Below the pieces are notes generated by a model. The model had not been told where the DNA came from and did not search any database. It worked only from the letters and a program-made list of their open reading frames with translations. DNA of 64,000 nucleotides from Eledone cirrhosa (lineage: Eukaryota): assembly GCA_964016885.1 (NCBI GenBank), contig OZ024743.1:66092001-66156000 (forward strand). Direction: 5' to 3'. The position numbers and the translations under genes are program-made. This document shows positions 1 to 14,640 of this stretch, piece by piece. How positions within the stretch are numbered: the stretch's first letter is position 1; the number at the start of each line of letters is the position of its first letter.

Positions 1-678
1 AACTTAGCGTGACGCGTAGACATACGCCACTAAAAATAGCAGCCGCGTCTACACGACTTTTGAAATAGCTCTATACGGCTCGGAAAAGCCTTTTTCCTAG
101 AGCTAATTTACTGTAATGAGAGTATTTTGAGTTTCTAACTCAATACAATCTTTTGATATATTCGGCTCCGTTAATTCGTAGAGCTATTTCAAATGTCGTG
201 TAGACCCGGCTGCTATTTTTAGTGGCGTAAGTCTACGCAACACGCTAAGTTCGGGAACCATGTGCGTTATATATACACACACTTTCCAGTTTGCTATTTG
301 ATTTAGAAGTAGAAGTGAGGAGTATAATAATTTCAACACCCACTGATGAGCCTCAATTTGGAATTTCTCTTCACAAATAATATTGCGAAACGGTTATATC
401 AAAGACCGTCTGGGTGATGGTAGTTACCACAATACTGGTTTGTATTTATTTTTCTTAATTTGTTCTTAAATTGAGTCCAGCAAATCCTATTGTCTGTAGT
501 TAGTATTTTTTCACCTTAGCGATTTTGGTCCATTACGATTTGAACACACACACATATATATATGTCTGTGTTCGTTTTTGCCTTTTTGTTCAGGCATATA
601 CGGCTCGGAAAAGCCTTTTTCCTAGAGCTAATTTACTGTAATGAGACTATTTTGATTTTCTGACTCAATACAAGCTTT

Positions 679-686
<8 letters not shown>
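1..686 (+). mobile_element. Non-coding hammerhead-bearing PLE-type/retrozyme-like unit (~525-nt monomer, 5' inverted arm; may extend left of window)
   Basis: 72-160 is directly repeated at 597-686 (period 525). 1-73 is the reverse complement of 179-251. Contains an HHR at 337-416 and ends in (TA)n. Confidence 0.75.
337..416 (+). ncRNA. Type I hammerhead ribozyme, canonical core
   Basis: Stem I CACCCA(337-342)/TGGGTG(411-416); CTGATGA 343-349; GAAA 387-390; stem III CGGT/ACCG; predicted cleavage after GTC at 410. Confidence 0.8.
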
Positions 687-760
<74 letters not shown>

Positions 761-768
<8 letters not shown>

Positions 769-1328
769 GTATGTATATATATACATACTACTGTACGTCT
801 GTATACATATATGAATGTACGTATACATACATACATTTAAGTACCAGCCGTACTAAGAGTGAGAAATGAAATTTCGTTTCATTCTTTTCCATTTAGCGTT
901 TTCGGTGCGCCAGGCCGACTAACTCACTCGATATGCAAATTAGGCTGCTCAGCTGTTAATATGCATAAGGAAAGTATATACTTTCAGACGTACAACCATC
1001 TGACAGAAAGGTATACGATGCTGACGATAGTTAATAAGCTTGAAACTAGTACATTGTTCCTGTGTCAGTGTTGAACAAAAAGGTGACGATGGTTGCCTGA
1101 ACACTGTACGGCGTAATTCGGGCTGTTTGTTTACAAATAAACCGAGTATTATAATAAATGTCCGGTAAACCCATACGTACATATATATATATATGTGCAT
1201 GTATGTATATATATACATACTACTGTACGTCTGTATACATATATGTATGTACGTATACATACATATATTTAAGTAGCAGCCGTACTAAGAGTGAGAAATG
1301 AAATTTCGTTTCATTCTTTTCCATTTAT
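761..1328 (+). mobile_element. Non-coding hammerhead-bearing unit (~432-nt monomer, ~1.3 copies)
   Basis: ~130-bp direct repeat (ctgtacgtctgtatac...tttcattcttttccattta) starting at 791 and 1223. HHR at 1015-1057; (TA)n flanks. Confidence 0.7.
1015..1057 (+). ncRNA. Minimal type I hammerhead ribozyme (palindromic stem III, U10.1/U11.1)
   Basis: ACGATG-CTGACGA-T-AGTT aata AGCT-T-GAAA-CTAG-TA^CATTGT. 6-bp stem I; ACTAGT palindrome; cleavage after 1051. Confidence 0.8.
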
Positions 1329-2140
1329 ATATATATATATAAATATATATATAAATATAAATATGTGTGTGTGTCAGTATATTCATATATATATATATAT
1401 ATGTATATATTCGCGTGTGTATGTCTGTGTGTTTGTAAAAAAAAATATATATATAATGTAAATGATTGAACTGACAGAGTAACCTACATGCCGTCGAAAC
1501 ATCCATAATCTCACATTGGCAATATATTTTGTGTACATTACTAGGTGACTTTCTTTGTTTCTGTAACAATCTAAACTATAATAAAGTAAGGAGTGCGGGA
1601 CCGCGTCTAGAATATATTTAAAAAAAATAAATAATGAATGAATATTACATAATTTATCTACTAAATTTCGTTATTCTTGATTAAATATTTTTGCTTATTT
1701 TAAGATCCAATTCATTAAAATTCTCATATGTCAAAACTTCCGGTTAGCGACCGCTTAAATAAACATTCATATATTTCCGTCACTAATTTTCTATCGTCTT
1801 TTTTTAATGTATCATGATTACGTTACTGATTACATAAGACAGTGTAACGCAGTCTTCGTTCAATTTCTGTGTATATTGTCAATTACGATTTTATTTGATG
1901 TATCTTAACTACATGCATATATGCTTGCGTATAATATCAATGTACATTACACATGCTATCAATGCACATTACACATGCTAGTTTTATTTGATGGAAGCAA
2001 GGTTGTCAGCTTCGCACTCCATTCCTTCTCGCAACAAATGTGTTGTGTTTTTTACATCAGCACGACCAGTATGCAATTTCTAATAACAGTATCTGATTTT
2101 GGCAGACGACCAGCAAATTTGGAGAAGCGAAAAGTCGACT

Positions 2141-2301
2141 AAATTGACCCCAATGCGTGACTGGTACTTTATTTTATCGATCCCGTAAGGATGAAAGGCA
2201 AAACTAACGTCGGCGGGATTGAACTCAGATCGTAAAGGGCCGTGCTTCTATGCTGTGAAACAGGGTGTCCGACGATCTACCGATACTGCCAATCTGACGC
2301 C
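2141..2301 (-). mobile_element. tRNA-derived SINE (abundant family), diverged copy
   Basis: Matches the family at 27870-28051; A-box-like TGGCAGTATCGG on the minus strand. Confidence 0.75.
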
Positions 2302-2347
2302 ATCATATCACGTTTTCTGCCAATAATTTAATACACACACACACATA

Positions 2348-2516
<169 letters not shown>

Positions 2517-2732
2517 TGTTATATTTGGGGAGGGTCATATTTGCGTAATATTGCCAGAATTAATAACAGAACACACTCACTGTTTGGTTGGTTTTTGCTT
2601 CTCGCTGTCTTTTATATATATATATCTGCGATCTAACTTACTCGGGCCTCAATGTTGCCATTGACTGACCGGCGGTCAAAAATAATACAGATACAATATA
2701 GACACAAACACATATATATAGTTTACATAATT

Positions 2733-2774
2733 TACATAAATCTTTCGTTGCACATCTGCAACATCGTCAGTGGT
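2733..2774 (-). ncRNA. Minimal hammerhead-like motif in PLE pLTR (weak stem I)
   Basis: Reverse complement: CTGACGA-T-GTTGCA gatg TGCAAC-GAAA-GATT-TA. Same motif as 53555-53596. Confidence 0.55.
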
Positions 2775-3043
2775 GTTATATTCATTGTTCCTCCTGTTGT
2801 GTTGTATGTCTACGCCATTTTTTTTTTTTTGTTCAGTCTGTCTATATATTTATTTATTTATTTGCTTGTTTGTTTATCTTATTTTATTTTGTCTTCTTTG
2901 CGCATGCGTTTGCGTGTGTGTATAGTGTTATGTGTGATGTGTGACTAGTGTGTATAGTGTTGTGTCTGCTGGGTGACTAGTGTGTGTTTATGTGCTTGTG
3001 TATGTATTTATTTATCTTATTTTATTTTATTTTATTTACTTAT

Positions 3044-3590
3044 TTATACTTCTCTTAGGTCAGTGTTGTTTGTTTGGGTGTTGTTGTTGTTCCACTCATT
3101 CTTTCTGTTTAGCTTTGGTCTTCTAATTTCTATTTCACTGGCCTCTCTGATTTGCCTATCTGCTGGGTCATTCCTATGTTTAGATATTATTCTAATTTCT
3201 ATGTTGTCTATGTTACCGTCATGTTGTTGTCTAGCATGTTCGTATAGTACTGACCCGTTTTTTCGTCCTTTTAGTTCCCCCCAGTGTTGGTCTATCCTTT
3301 CACCTATGCTACGAGCTGTCTCACCTATGTATGTTGTTGTCATGTTTCTGCAAGTACCCTCTGTACATCTTATGCTATAGACTACGTTTCTAGTTTTACA
3401 GTTTATCCGGGGGTTCACCTTACATATGATACATTTCCTATTGGTACAGTGGGTTTTCTTAAAAGGGTAGGTTTTGCTGATCAGGGATTTTATGGTGGTT
3501 CCTGGCTTTTCTACCACCTTTATTTTTAAGTGGGTCTTTCTCAGGGCCTTTCTACGCTGGTTAGCTAATTTCCCTCCAGGGGTGGACGCC

Positions 3591-3592
<2 letters not shown>
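3044..3592 (-). pseudogene. PLE GIY-YIG endonuclease C-terminal fragment
   Basis: 182-aa ORF with VVYSIRC..C..YIGETARSIGERIDQH, nearly identical to the C-terminus of ORF 51529-53322. Confidence 0.9.
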
Positions 3593-3685
<93 letters not shown>

Positions 3686-3694
3686 TATATATAT

Positions 3695-3840
3695 CTAAGG
3701 CGGGTAAAATTCCCGAGATCCATGGACGAGTTCTCTCCAGCGGTCTCTGTCCCTCATTATCGCTGCCATGTCCTGCGTCTCCAACAGACCAGTGTCTGTC
3801 CTTAGGGCATCAACATACGTTAACCTTGGTCTTCCTCTAT
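3695..3840 (-). mobile_element. RTE/RTEX-like LINE extreme 3' end
   Basis: [17 protein letters not shown]...[11 protein letters not shown]; same family as 42298-42559. Confidence 0.75.
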
Positions 3841-3868
3841 ATGTATATATATATATATGTGTATATAC

Positions 3869-4014
<146 letters not shown>

Positions 4015-4103
4015 GTATATATATATATGTATATATATATATGTATATATCTATATCTATATATATATATATATATATGTATATATCTATATCAATATAT
4101 ATA

Positions 4104-4196
4104 TAGCGTCCGAAACGTTAAGACCCTCTTCCTGCTATATCAAGCGTTAACCTAATATATCCCTATTCGATTGTGTTATTATTTCTGTTTACCTTT

Positions 4197-4200
<4 letters not shown>
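4104..4200 (+). mobile_element. 3' end of a minimal-HHR element (3' half of ribozyme retained)
   Basis: Contains GTCC-GAAA-CGT-TA-AGACCC. Homologous to the reverse complement of 19250-19372, which supplies CTGATGAAGGAC; (TA)n flanks. Confidence 0.6.
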
Positions 4201-4228
<28 letters not shown>

Positions 4229-4231
<3 letters not shown>

Positions 4232-4804
4232 TATCAATAATGAGTTCAAAACTCACGTAGTCCTTTACAATGAAATAGCTCAAAGAAAGCTACTTCATTG
4301 TAAAGGACTGCCTGAGTTTTGAACTCATTATTAATAGTATCACTGCTCCTTATGTAGAGCTAACTTTAGCCCCATATAAACAGCTGTTATTTCTAGCAGC
4401 ACGAGTATGCGGCAGCTAGACACTGGATAACCATGTGTGAAAAACCATGTGCGTTAAACAGTCTTTTAAAATATTTTGAAGTGAAACATACCAATTTTTC
4501 TGGTGCTTGCTGAGGAGATCTAAATGCGGTATTTTTTCACTTTTTCATTTTTCGAAACTTATTTGGATTTTAAGGTTTAAACCTGTCTACGGAACAGGTT
4601 TGATTTTGAAATTTAAATTTGTCCAAGCACCACGGCCATTTGCCAATATACTTTGTTTTTATTGATTTATTATTTTAAATCGAGACAGGCAAACTGTATT
4701 ATTATAATTAGTATTTTTCAATCTAGCTAACTTAGTCATTTACAATACAAACACGGATATGTTGGTATTTGTGTTTATCAAATATATTAATTTATATTAA
4801 CTTG
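4229..4804 (+). mobile_element. Non-coding hammerhead-bearing element with 5' fold-back
   Basis: ~52-bp inverted arms at 4229-4280 and 4288-4339; HHR at 4501-4632. Shares GCTGYTATTTYTAG and AACCATGTGCGTTA with element 1-686; (TA)n flanks. Confidence 0.72.
4501..4632 (+). ncRNA. Type I hammerhead ribozyme with long stem III
   Basis: Perfect 9-bp stem I TGGTGCTTG/CAAGCACCA; CTGAGGA 4510-4516; GAAA 4554-4557; ~25-bp G-U-rich stem III; GTC cleavage triplet 4621-4623. Confidence 0.72.
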
Positions 4805-4830
4805 TATATATATATATATATATATATATA

Positions 4831-5040
<210 letters not shown>

Positions 5041-5336
5041 GCCAGAGAGAGATAGGTAAACTCCCAACCGTGAGATCGAGGTGGTATGCAGTTTCAGCTT
5101 GTGTGTTCAACGAATAGTCTTGCTGTACAGACAAACCTAAACCGCTCGGTTCCCCGTTTGGGATCTTACATATTTCTATACCCAAACTATATGTTCTCAT
5201 GCATTGAGTACTCCCATGATTATTGGTCTCCTCCGTTTCATCATCAGAGAATCTCGCTCTCTCTCTCTCCCTATCTCTCCCCCTCTCTCCTTCTCTCTCT
5301 CTCTCTCTCAGTATATATATATATATATATATATAT

Positions 5337-5534
5337 AGCAAAAAGTATGACCTCGACGGCAGAGCTTAAGCCGTTTCGACGGCTATTTCTGGACTGTCCA
5401 GAAATAGCCGTGGAAACGGCTTGAGCTCTGCCGTCGGGGTCATACTTTTTCCTATTTCCCACTCTACTACCCTAAGTATTGAGTACTCTGGTGCGTTATG
5501 GTCCATCTGGTTCCTTACCACAATTAGTTCGTTA
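5337..5534 (+). mobile_element. Short family A element with 5' fold-back; contains the 3' half of a hammerhead
   Basis: Inverted arms 5340-5394 and 5396-5450; GAAA-CGGC...GCCG-TC^GGGGTC at 5413-5441. Confidence 0.7.
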
Positions 5535-5561
5535 TATATATATATATATAATATATATATA

Positions 5562-5714
5562 TTTATTAAAATAACAGATTAAAGTTTAAGCAAAGAATCG
5601 CTGCTTTCCCCCTTTGCTTAAACTTTAAATATTTTCTCTAGGTTTTTATATAATTTTTATATATATATTAGCCTTATCGAGCCCTCGTCGGATTTTAGTC
5701 TTCACATTTGTTAT

Positions 5715-5720
<6 letters not shown>
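5562..5720 (+). mobile_element. Short family B element with 5' fold-back
   Basis: Tail ccttatcgagccctc..ggattttagtcttcacattt is shared with 31881-32010; inverted 5' arm; (TA)n flanks. Confidence 0.55.
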
Positions 5721-5771
<51 letters not shown>

Positions 5772-5773
<2 letters not shown>

Positions 5774-5871
5774 TAAATTACAAGTCAACAGGTTATAATT
5801 CACTTCGATATTCATAATAAATAATTATGAATAAACGAAGTGTGTTATATCATGTTGACTTGTATTTTATG
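5772..5871. repeat. Imperfect ~48-bp-arm inverted repeat at the start of a TA-flanked insert
   Basis: cataaattacaagtcaaca...cacttcgatattcataat pairs with attatgaataaacgaagtg...tgttgacttgtattttatg. Confidence 0.65.
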
Positions 5872-5974
5872 TTTATAAATATACTTCGGAGTAAATACAG
5901 CCACTTGTGTACTTCGTCGAGTGCTCAACCCTGCTTACTAAAGTGTCGGTGATAAACTAACATATACTCTAATT

Positions 5975-6095
5975 AATTGTTTCTACTTTTGGCACAAGGC
6001 CAGCCATACCCAGTACATTACTGGTACTTTATTTTATCGACCCCGTAAAGATGAAAGGCAAAGTTCACCTCGACGGGATTTCAATTCAGACCGTA
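5975..6095 (-). mobile_element. tRNA-derived SINE, 5'-truncated
   Basis: aattgtttctacttttggcacaaggcc...gatgaaaggcaaag family signature. Confidence 0.8.
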
Positions 6096-6096
6096 A

Positions 6097-6146
<50 letters not shown>

Positions 6147-6705
6147 ATACATATATATATATAAGTTTATATATATATATATAAACTTATATATATATAA
6201 GTTTATTCCGGGTTCAATGGGGGGTAACCACAGTAAGTAAGGTACTCAATGCAAAGTAGAGTATAAATATTTAAATAGAGAAAAGGCTTCTCATTCGGGA
6301 GAAATCATCAGGAAGCTGAATATATATATATATCTTGGTGTGTATTTGAGTACACAATTGTCCAACAAAGAATTACCACAGAGATTTCCTTCAGATCCTA
6401 AATCATAACATATTGTTACGTACTGTACTAGGCTGCAATGAGGAGACGGCACTCAACAATAGAACTTGGCAAAAACATAACATATGAGGGTGGATGAAGG
6501 CTTCCGCCAAAAGCTTACTGAAAACAGTAGAGAATAGTAGGAAGTAAGGCATCTTTTAACATAAATAACTGTTAGTTACCGGAAATAAATGAGAGAATTA
6601 TCTGTCTCTACGCTTGTTCAAATCTACTTCAGAAATTCTCAGTGGGAAACACGCCGTCTCTGATTGGCTAAGAATTGTGTTAGACGACAGTGTTTTTTTA
6701 TGTGA

Positions 6706-6907
<202 letters not shown>

Positions 6908-7932
6908 ATATACATACATATATATATATATATAAATATATATACACACACACACACACATATATATATAGTATATATTAACATAAAAAAAGAACTATAT
7001 ATATATATACACGTACATACTTGACACATTTACAAGTTTTCTTAACAAAGAACCTCTGGCACATATATGCTGATGTGTCGATGGCTTGTATGTATATATA
7101 TATACCATCATGTGTATTTATTTGTCTATGTATATATATACACACATACGAATATACATTCACACACAATCACATATAATTCCATTTGAGATATCTATAT
7201 TTGTATTATTACACTGTTTGTTTGGTCCAGGTTTTTTTGTTCAAGAAGATCAAGTTTAACTTGATTTTCTACGTCTTCCCTCGTCGTTAGCTTCATATAA
7301 TCTTCGAGATTATCAAATTTACTTATCAGCAAGCTTCCTATTAAAAAAACGGAGCTTTAATGAACGTTGATAAGATTCATAGATATTTTATTTTGTATTC
7401 GACAGGAATCTGTCACAGATTTACTAATCGAAATATGATTTATAAGTAAGACTTCATGTGTTTAGTGAGGTAGATTTCCAGAATTGAAAGTGTCCGATAA
7501 AATGCCATTACAATGTTTGCTCTGGCTCTCTAAGTTCTGAGTTCAAATCCAACCGAGATACTATAGTTATAATTATAATATTAATGGCAGTAGTTGTACT
7601 CATTTACATGGTGATTTGTAGGAGAATGCAGTGAGGGTCACACAGAGCTGTTATACATTAACAGTTTAAATAACACCAAAGAGTTAAAGCATTTGTAAAC
7701 AAACAATTGTTTCTATCTGTATTCAACGTCGCATAGTGAGTTATATTTAGTAACTCCATTAGTAATTCAACATAGGTTTCTTCAGAGTTTATTAAAACAC
7801 TTCAGAATAATATTCCACACAGAATAACATATAATACATAAAATCACTCTTGATGTAAAGCTTGAAAAAAACAGTTCAAATACTGCAAATGATCGAGAGA
7901 AGTATGTGACGGTTACAGAACCGTATTAAAGA

Positions 7933-8345
7933 TAATTGTTTCTACTTTTGGCACAAGGCCATCAATTACCCAGTGCATTACTGGTACTTTATTTTATCTA
8001 CCCCGTAAGGATGAAAGGCAAAGTTAACCTTGGCGGGATTTGAACTCAGACCCTAAAGGGACGTAACTATGCTGGAAAGCATGGCATCCGACCTTCTACT
8101 GATACTGCCAAAAATGGTTATAGTTAATTGTTCAGATATTGTTTGTCATTGTTAATAATTGTTTCTACTTCTGGATCAGGCCAGCAATTACCCAGTGCAT
8201 TACTGATACTTTATTTTATTGACCTCGTATGGATGAAAGGCAAGGTTAACCTTGGCGGGATTTGAACTCAGAATGGAAAGGGCCGTAACTCTTTGCGTCA
8301 AAGCATGGCGTCCGACCCTCTACCGATACTGTCAATCCACCGCCA
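7933..8345 (-). mobile_element. Two tandem tRNA-derived SINE copies (7933-8111, 8157-8345)
   Basis: Both show the family signature with A/B boxes on the minus strand; the ~45-bp right flank is also duplicated (8112-8159, 8368-8414). Confidence 0.85.
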
Positions 8346-8936
8346 TATTAAACATAATGTTATTTTAAAATGGTTATACTTAATAGTTCAGATATTGTTT
8401 GTCATTGTTAATAATATACAGTTTGAGTAGTGCAATGTTCATATTTATGTGGTGATTTTAAGGTTCTATTGAGCAGAAACATGAAATATATTTAAAAACA
8501 TTTAACAAAATATACACGCATGTATATTTACTGCGGAGTTGATATTAAGAACTTAGCAGCAACTCCGCAGATCAAAATTATTATATTGAAGGGTCTTCAT
8601 TTGTTCCAAGGATGGTTGGCATGATGTCAAGCGCATATTGGGAACGTTTTTCCAGATCTTCATTGATGGGAAGGTCAGAATTGGACTTGATAAAAACTTA
8701 TCAATCCTAATGTTCGGTAAGTCTACAACATCCTGGGCAGCAATCGAACTCTAAATGTGCATTTTAATCGATATCCAAACAACTAAATACATTGACATAT
8801 ACATTCAGAGTTCGATTTTAGCTCACAGAATTTTAAGATCGATAAGTTAAATAGTTAATCAATCTACTCAGGTCAATTCAATCATCTCTATAGATGGTCT
8901 GCTACAAATTTGTTAAATAAATAACTAGTATTAAGA

Positions 8937-9063
8937 CTACTACTACTACTACTACTACTACTACTGCTGTTGCTGCTACTACTGCTACTAGTAATACTAC
9001 AACTGCCGCCACTGCTGCTGTTACTACTGCCACTGCTGCTGTTACTACTGCCACTGCTGCTGT

Positions 9064-9106
<43 letters not shown>
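8937..9106. repeat. (CTA)n/(CTG)n compound microsatellite
   Basis: Direct reading. Confidence 0.95.
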
Positions 9107-9419
9107 GTATTGCGTTATAACAGATAATATTGTTTGTGAAGCAGACGAGACGAATTAATATCTATAGATAGAGGTTCTACCATGACATGAAATCAATGTA
9201 TGTAGTCCCAGAGATTAAACACTAATACTACAACCTCATTTATTATTCTCATCTCCCCTACACAGAAGGAACCCTTAATCTGACCCCTCTTTCTTTTATC
9301 CATCCTCTCCCTTTTCTCCCTTTTCTCCCTTCCCTTTTTTTTCGTTTCGTTTCGTCTCATTTCGATTTTTTTGTCAATCATTTTGGGAGCAAAGTTAATT
9401 CAGCAGTAATATTGTGTAT

Positions 9420-10972
<1,553 letters not shown>

Positions 10973-11702
10973 CTTTATTTTCCACAAGGGCGCACAAGAA
11001 AAGGGGACAACATAGATCCTGGTAAAGGGTAAAGATGAGAGAAGCTCTATGCTAACCGATTTCCTTGATCCAGCAGTAATTTAAAAGCCTGGCACGATGT
11101 TACACATTGAAACATATGTAGAATTAAAATTATGTTTTAAGTATAACTTGCAACTTAATACTTGAGATCTTCTCTATGTCCACCAAACCCTCCTTCCCAG
11201 TAGAATATAATCCAAACATTAAAGGTACATTTGCATTTATGATTTACTTTTTCATTTGGGTATTCTGCATGAAACACTAATAAATTAATTATGTATGTAA
11301 TTATGTATTCGATTAATATTTTTTGGTGTGGGCGTGGATGAACTTCAATAAATTTTGTTACAAGACAGTCTATTAAGTAAAAAACTCGAGACGCCTTATT
11401 TAGCCATTTACTTACACAATATATCATTTCAGCAGTATATTATTAATCCTTTTATCATTGCATTTCTAAATAAATACACTTTATCTTAATTAGTCAGTGA
11501 CGAATTATGAGGGATTTACTAACGTTATTAATTATTTCATTACTAACATAATCACTTAATGTAAGGCTCTTATATAAAATTATGTTGGAAAATTTTAATT
11601 TAAATTGAAAACCTTTAAAATGGGTGGTTTTATTTCATAGAACCAGAGCCGGTTTTGGCCGGGTTGGTAACTAAAGTTTTAATGTTAATATATTTACTAT
11701 AC

Positions 11703-11995
11703 GGCGGCGTTAGAACGTCGGATAGAATAATTTGTAGTATTCATTTTGGCTCTCTTTTCTCTGAGTTCAAATCTCGCTGAGGTCAACTTTGTTTTTCGTC
11801 AATTCAAGGTCGATAAAAAAGTACCGGTCTAATACTGAGGTCGATTATTCCTCTATGTCTCTTTCTCACTTCCATTCTGTCACTCTATTCTTCTTTGGAA
11901 GAAATCTGCTGTATTCAGACCTGGAGAGTGATGGGCCCCGCCCTAGAAACTCCGTATATCAATACTGTGTCCCAACCATTACTCGGGTGTTACAG
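11703..11995 (+). mobile_element. Old SINE copy with extended 3' region
   Basis: ctgagttcaaatctcgctgaggtcaactttg B-box region; the 11850-11990 extension is similar to 58100-58265 and 60920-60990. Confidence 0.6.
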
Positions 11996-12065
11996 GACCA
12001 TACATACATATTTAAGGCTTGGAATATTAAAATGCTAAGCCTAAATAGAAAAATACGAGAAAAAT

Positions 12066-12312
12066 AATCGTTTCTAATACAGACACAATACCTGCAATTT
12101 TGGGTGGAAAGGAATGTTGATTATATCGACTCCCGTACTTGACTGGTACTTTATTTTATTGATCATGGCAGGATGAAAGACAAAGCGGACCTCGGTGGGA
12201 TACTAACTCAGAAAGTAAAGACTATGAACAATACTGCATAAAGGGTGGCCATCGATAGTATATTATTTCATTGACCTTGGGAGGATAAAAGACAAAGTTG
12301 ACCTTGGTGGAA
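12066..12312 (-). mobile_element. Diverged SINE copies
   Basis: gactggtactttattttattgatc...ggatgaaagacaaag signature. Confidence 0.65.
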
Positions 12313-13580
12313 TATCCAGAATAACACCCCTCTAATGGGGTCTGTCCATGGTTGATTAATCTTGGCTTCATACATATCTTGAGAGGAAGCTGCATTTGTA
12401 ATTCAAAGGCAACACCTGATCGCTATTAAACTAAATTTTAGGTATGTTATGCGCACTTCTATAACTGTAGTAAATATCATCACTTCAGTCAACTTCCAAC
12501 TGTTTCGACTAACAAGGATGCAGATTGTAAACGTTTCTTGTTGTCCACAGAAGTTAAATTGTTATTAAAAGGAAACCAATAGACACTCTCCAAATCGCTT
12601 TATAAACAGTTGTTAAATTCTTTCACTACTTCAATTATGTTTCCTGGGAGGAAATGTGAACATGATATTATTTGTTAGAGTTCATTTTCAACTGCAAAAA
12701 AATGACATCAACCTTATTAAATTCAAACCAGTTCTCTACACATTTCTGTCCGCCGGGGCCGTGGAGCGGCCAGCGTGTGGATCCCCCATTTGCTGATGAT
12801 AGTGAGAGATGGGTCGAGTGTGAGAGACGGAGCCAGTGAATTTGGTGTATGCTTTATAGGAACTAATTTACAACTTTCAAATAAATGCATAAACACTAAA
12901 CAATACACAATAACGTTGTTATTCAAAGGTAAGATATGCCAACGTAGGTTCTTCCATTATCCGAGGAGTCTCGCTGAACCGCAGAAGGAGAAGATGACCT
13001 CTATGTATATTGGGCATCTCTGGATTAGCTAAAAAGACATGCCTGAGAGAAATGATTTCCTTAAAGTATCAAACTAGATCGATAATTTCCTCTTCGATAT
13101 CATCAATAAAAAGAAAACAGAAATGATGTGGGAAAAATTGAAGTCATTTCAAAATTCTATTAAACCAAGGACATAAAAATCATATGACGGCTTTTGGTTA
13201 TATGAAGATGATGCATTTCTGAGTATTGCCTGCCCTGCGTGGCTTCCACTACATATATATAGGCGGTGTCTAGGAGGTAGCGTATTACTCAACTTGGGAG
13301 TCTATAATAGGGAGGCATTTCAAGTTTAAAACAAATGAAAACGGGGCGAAAAAGGGGTCATGTTCGATAATATATATATAGATCTGTTATTTTTCTCTAA
13401 AATTCTTTAGCCGTTTTCTACCTGCTCGTTTCCTCAATCTTTCTATTTCTTCTTTAATTTCTCATTCTATTTTCTGAAATCTTAAGACACTTTTCCTATT
13501 CTATCAAGCGTTAAACTAATAAAATATTCCTTCAGTGTACTGTGTCGTTTGCTTTGTTATTTCTGTTTGTGTTTTGCAAT

Positions 13581-13651
<71 letters not shown>

Positions 13652-13764
13652 GTTTTTCGAGGTCCCTCAAATTCGTCGGATTCCTACATTGGATTTTCAC
13701 GCTGGAAATGGATTTTCCCCGGACCCTTGTTCAATTCCACGTGGATATCTTTTCGGATCTCTAA

Positions 13765-13825
<61 letters not shown>

Positions 13826-13870
13826 TTAAAACAATGAAATAAAAATTCAAGTCATTAGAAATATACTTCA

Positions 13871-14008
13871 CTGCTTTACGATCGTTTCTAGGCGATACTA
13901 ATACATCGTAGGCATATTTCGTTATCGATCTATGTAGGGTTAGTTACAAAATATCAAATAAGGAATATATTTACCTACATGTATATCGTCAGCCGTTGTC
14001 AAAAGCAA
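13871..14008 (-). ncRNA. Type I hammerhead, U3-A8 variant, long loop II
   Basis: Reverse complement: TTGCTT-TTGACAA-C...A-GAAA-CGATCG-TA^AAGCAG; palindromic ACGATCGT. Confidence 0.6.
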
Positions 14009-14453
14009 TGAAAATTTTATTCAAAATCAATAATAAATTGAGTTATATAACCTTATTTGGTGGTAGCTGAAGAACAAACCAATCAAATGATTTTTTGCCA
14101 TATGATGATTAGATGAAATATAACTCACTTTAGTTGAGGTCATGACCCTTTGAAAGGAATGGTTGAATGGTGTTAAAAATAGAATTACTAAAAAGAACCT
14201 ATGAATAAAAAGGAATTGTTATATTAATAGTGGAATGTAGATGGTGGAGTGAAGTTTAAAAAGAAATGTAAAAATTAAATGTTGAGTTGTGTTGTATGGA
14301 ATTTTTAGGTGAATATAAATAAGTAAATATACAGAAATATACAGAAATAACTAGGATAAATATAGATAGGTAAAGTAATGGTCATAACTAGGAAGGATAG
14401 TATATTAAAAGATGAAAATTATAATAAGATAATAAAATATAATAATATAATAT

Positions 14454-14640
14454 AATTGTTTCTACTCTAGGCACAAGGCCAGCAATTACTCAGTGCATTA
14501 CTGGTACTTTATTTCATCGACCCCGTAAGGATGAAATGCAAAGTCAACCTCGGCGGGATTTGAACTAAGATCGTAAAGGGACGTAACTCTATGCTTCAAA
14601 GCATGGCGTCCGACCCTCTACCGATACTGCCAATCCACAT
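14454..14640 (-). mobile_element. tRNA-derived SINE nested in the left PLE arm
   Basis: Full family signature; absent from the mirrored arm at ~16680. Confidence 0.88.

Noticed and set aside
6284-6318. CTGATGA on the minus strand with GCTTC/GAAGC stem I
   Set aside because: No GAAA or stem III; at best a deleted remnant.
6488-6517. TGGATGAAGGC-ttcc-GCCAAAAGCTTA resembling a minimal hammerhead
   Set aside because: Both core boxes are mutated and no stem I is evident.
8592-8716. Short open frame ending at a GTAAGT donor-like site
   Set aside because: Weak acceptor and no recognisable peptide.
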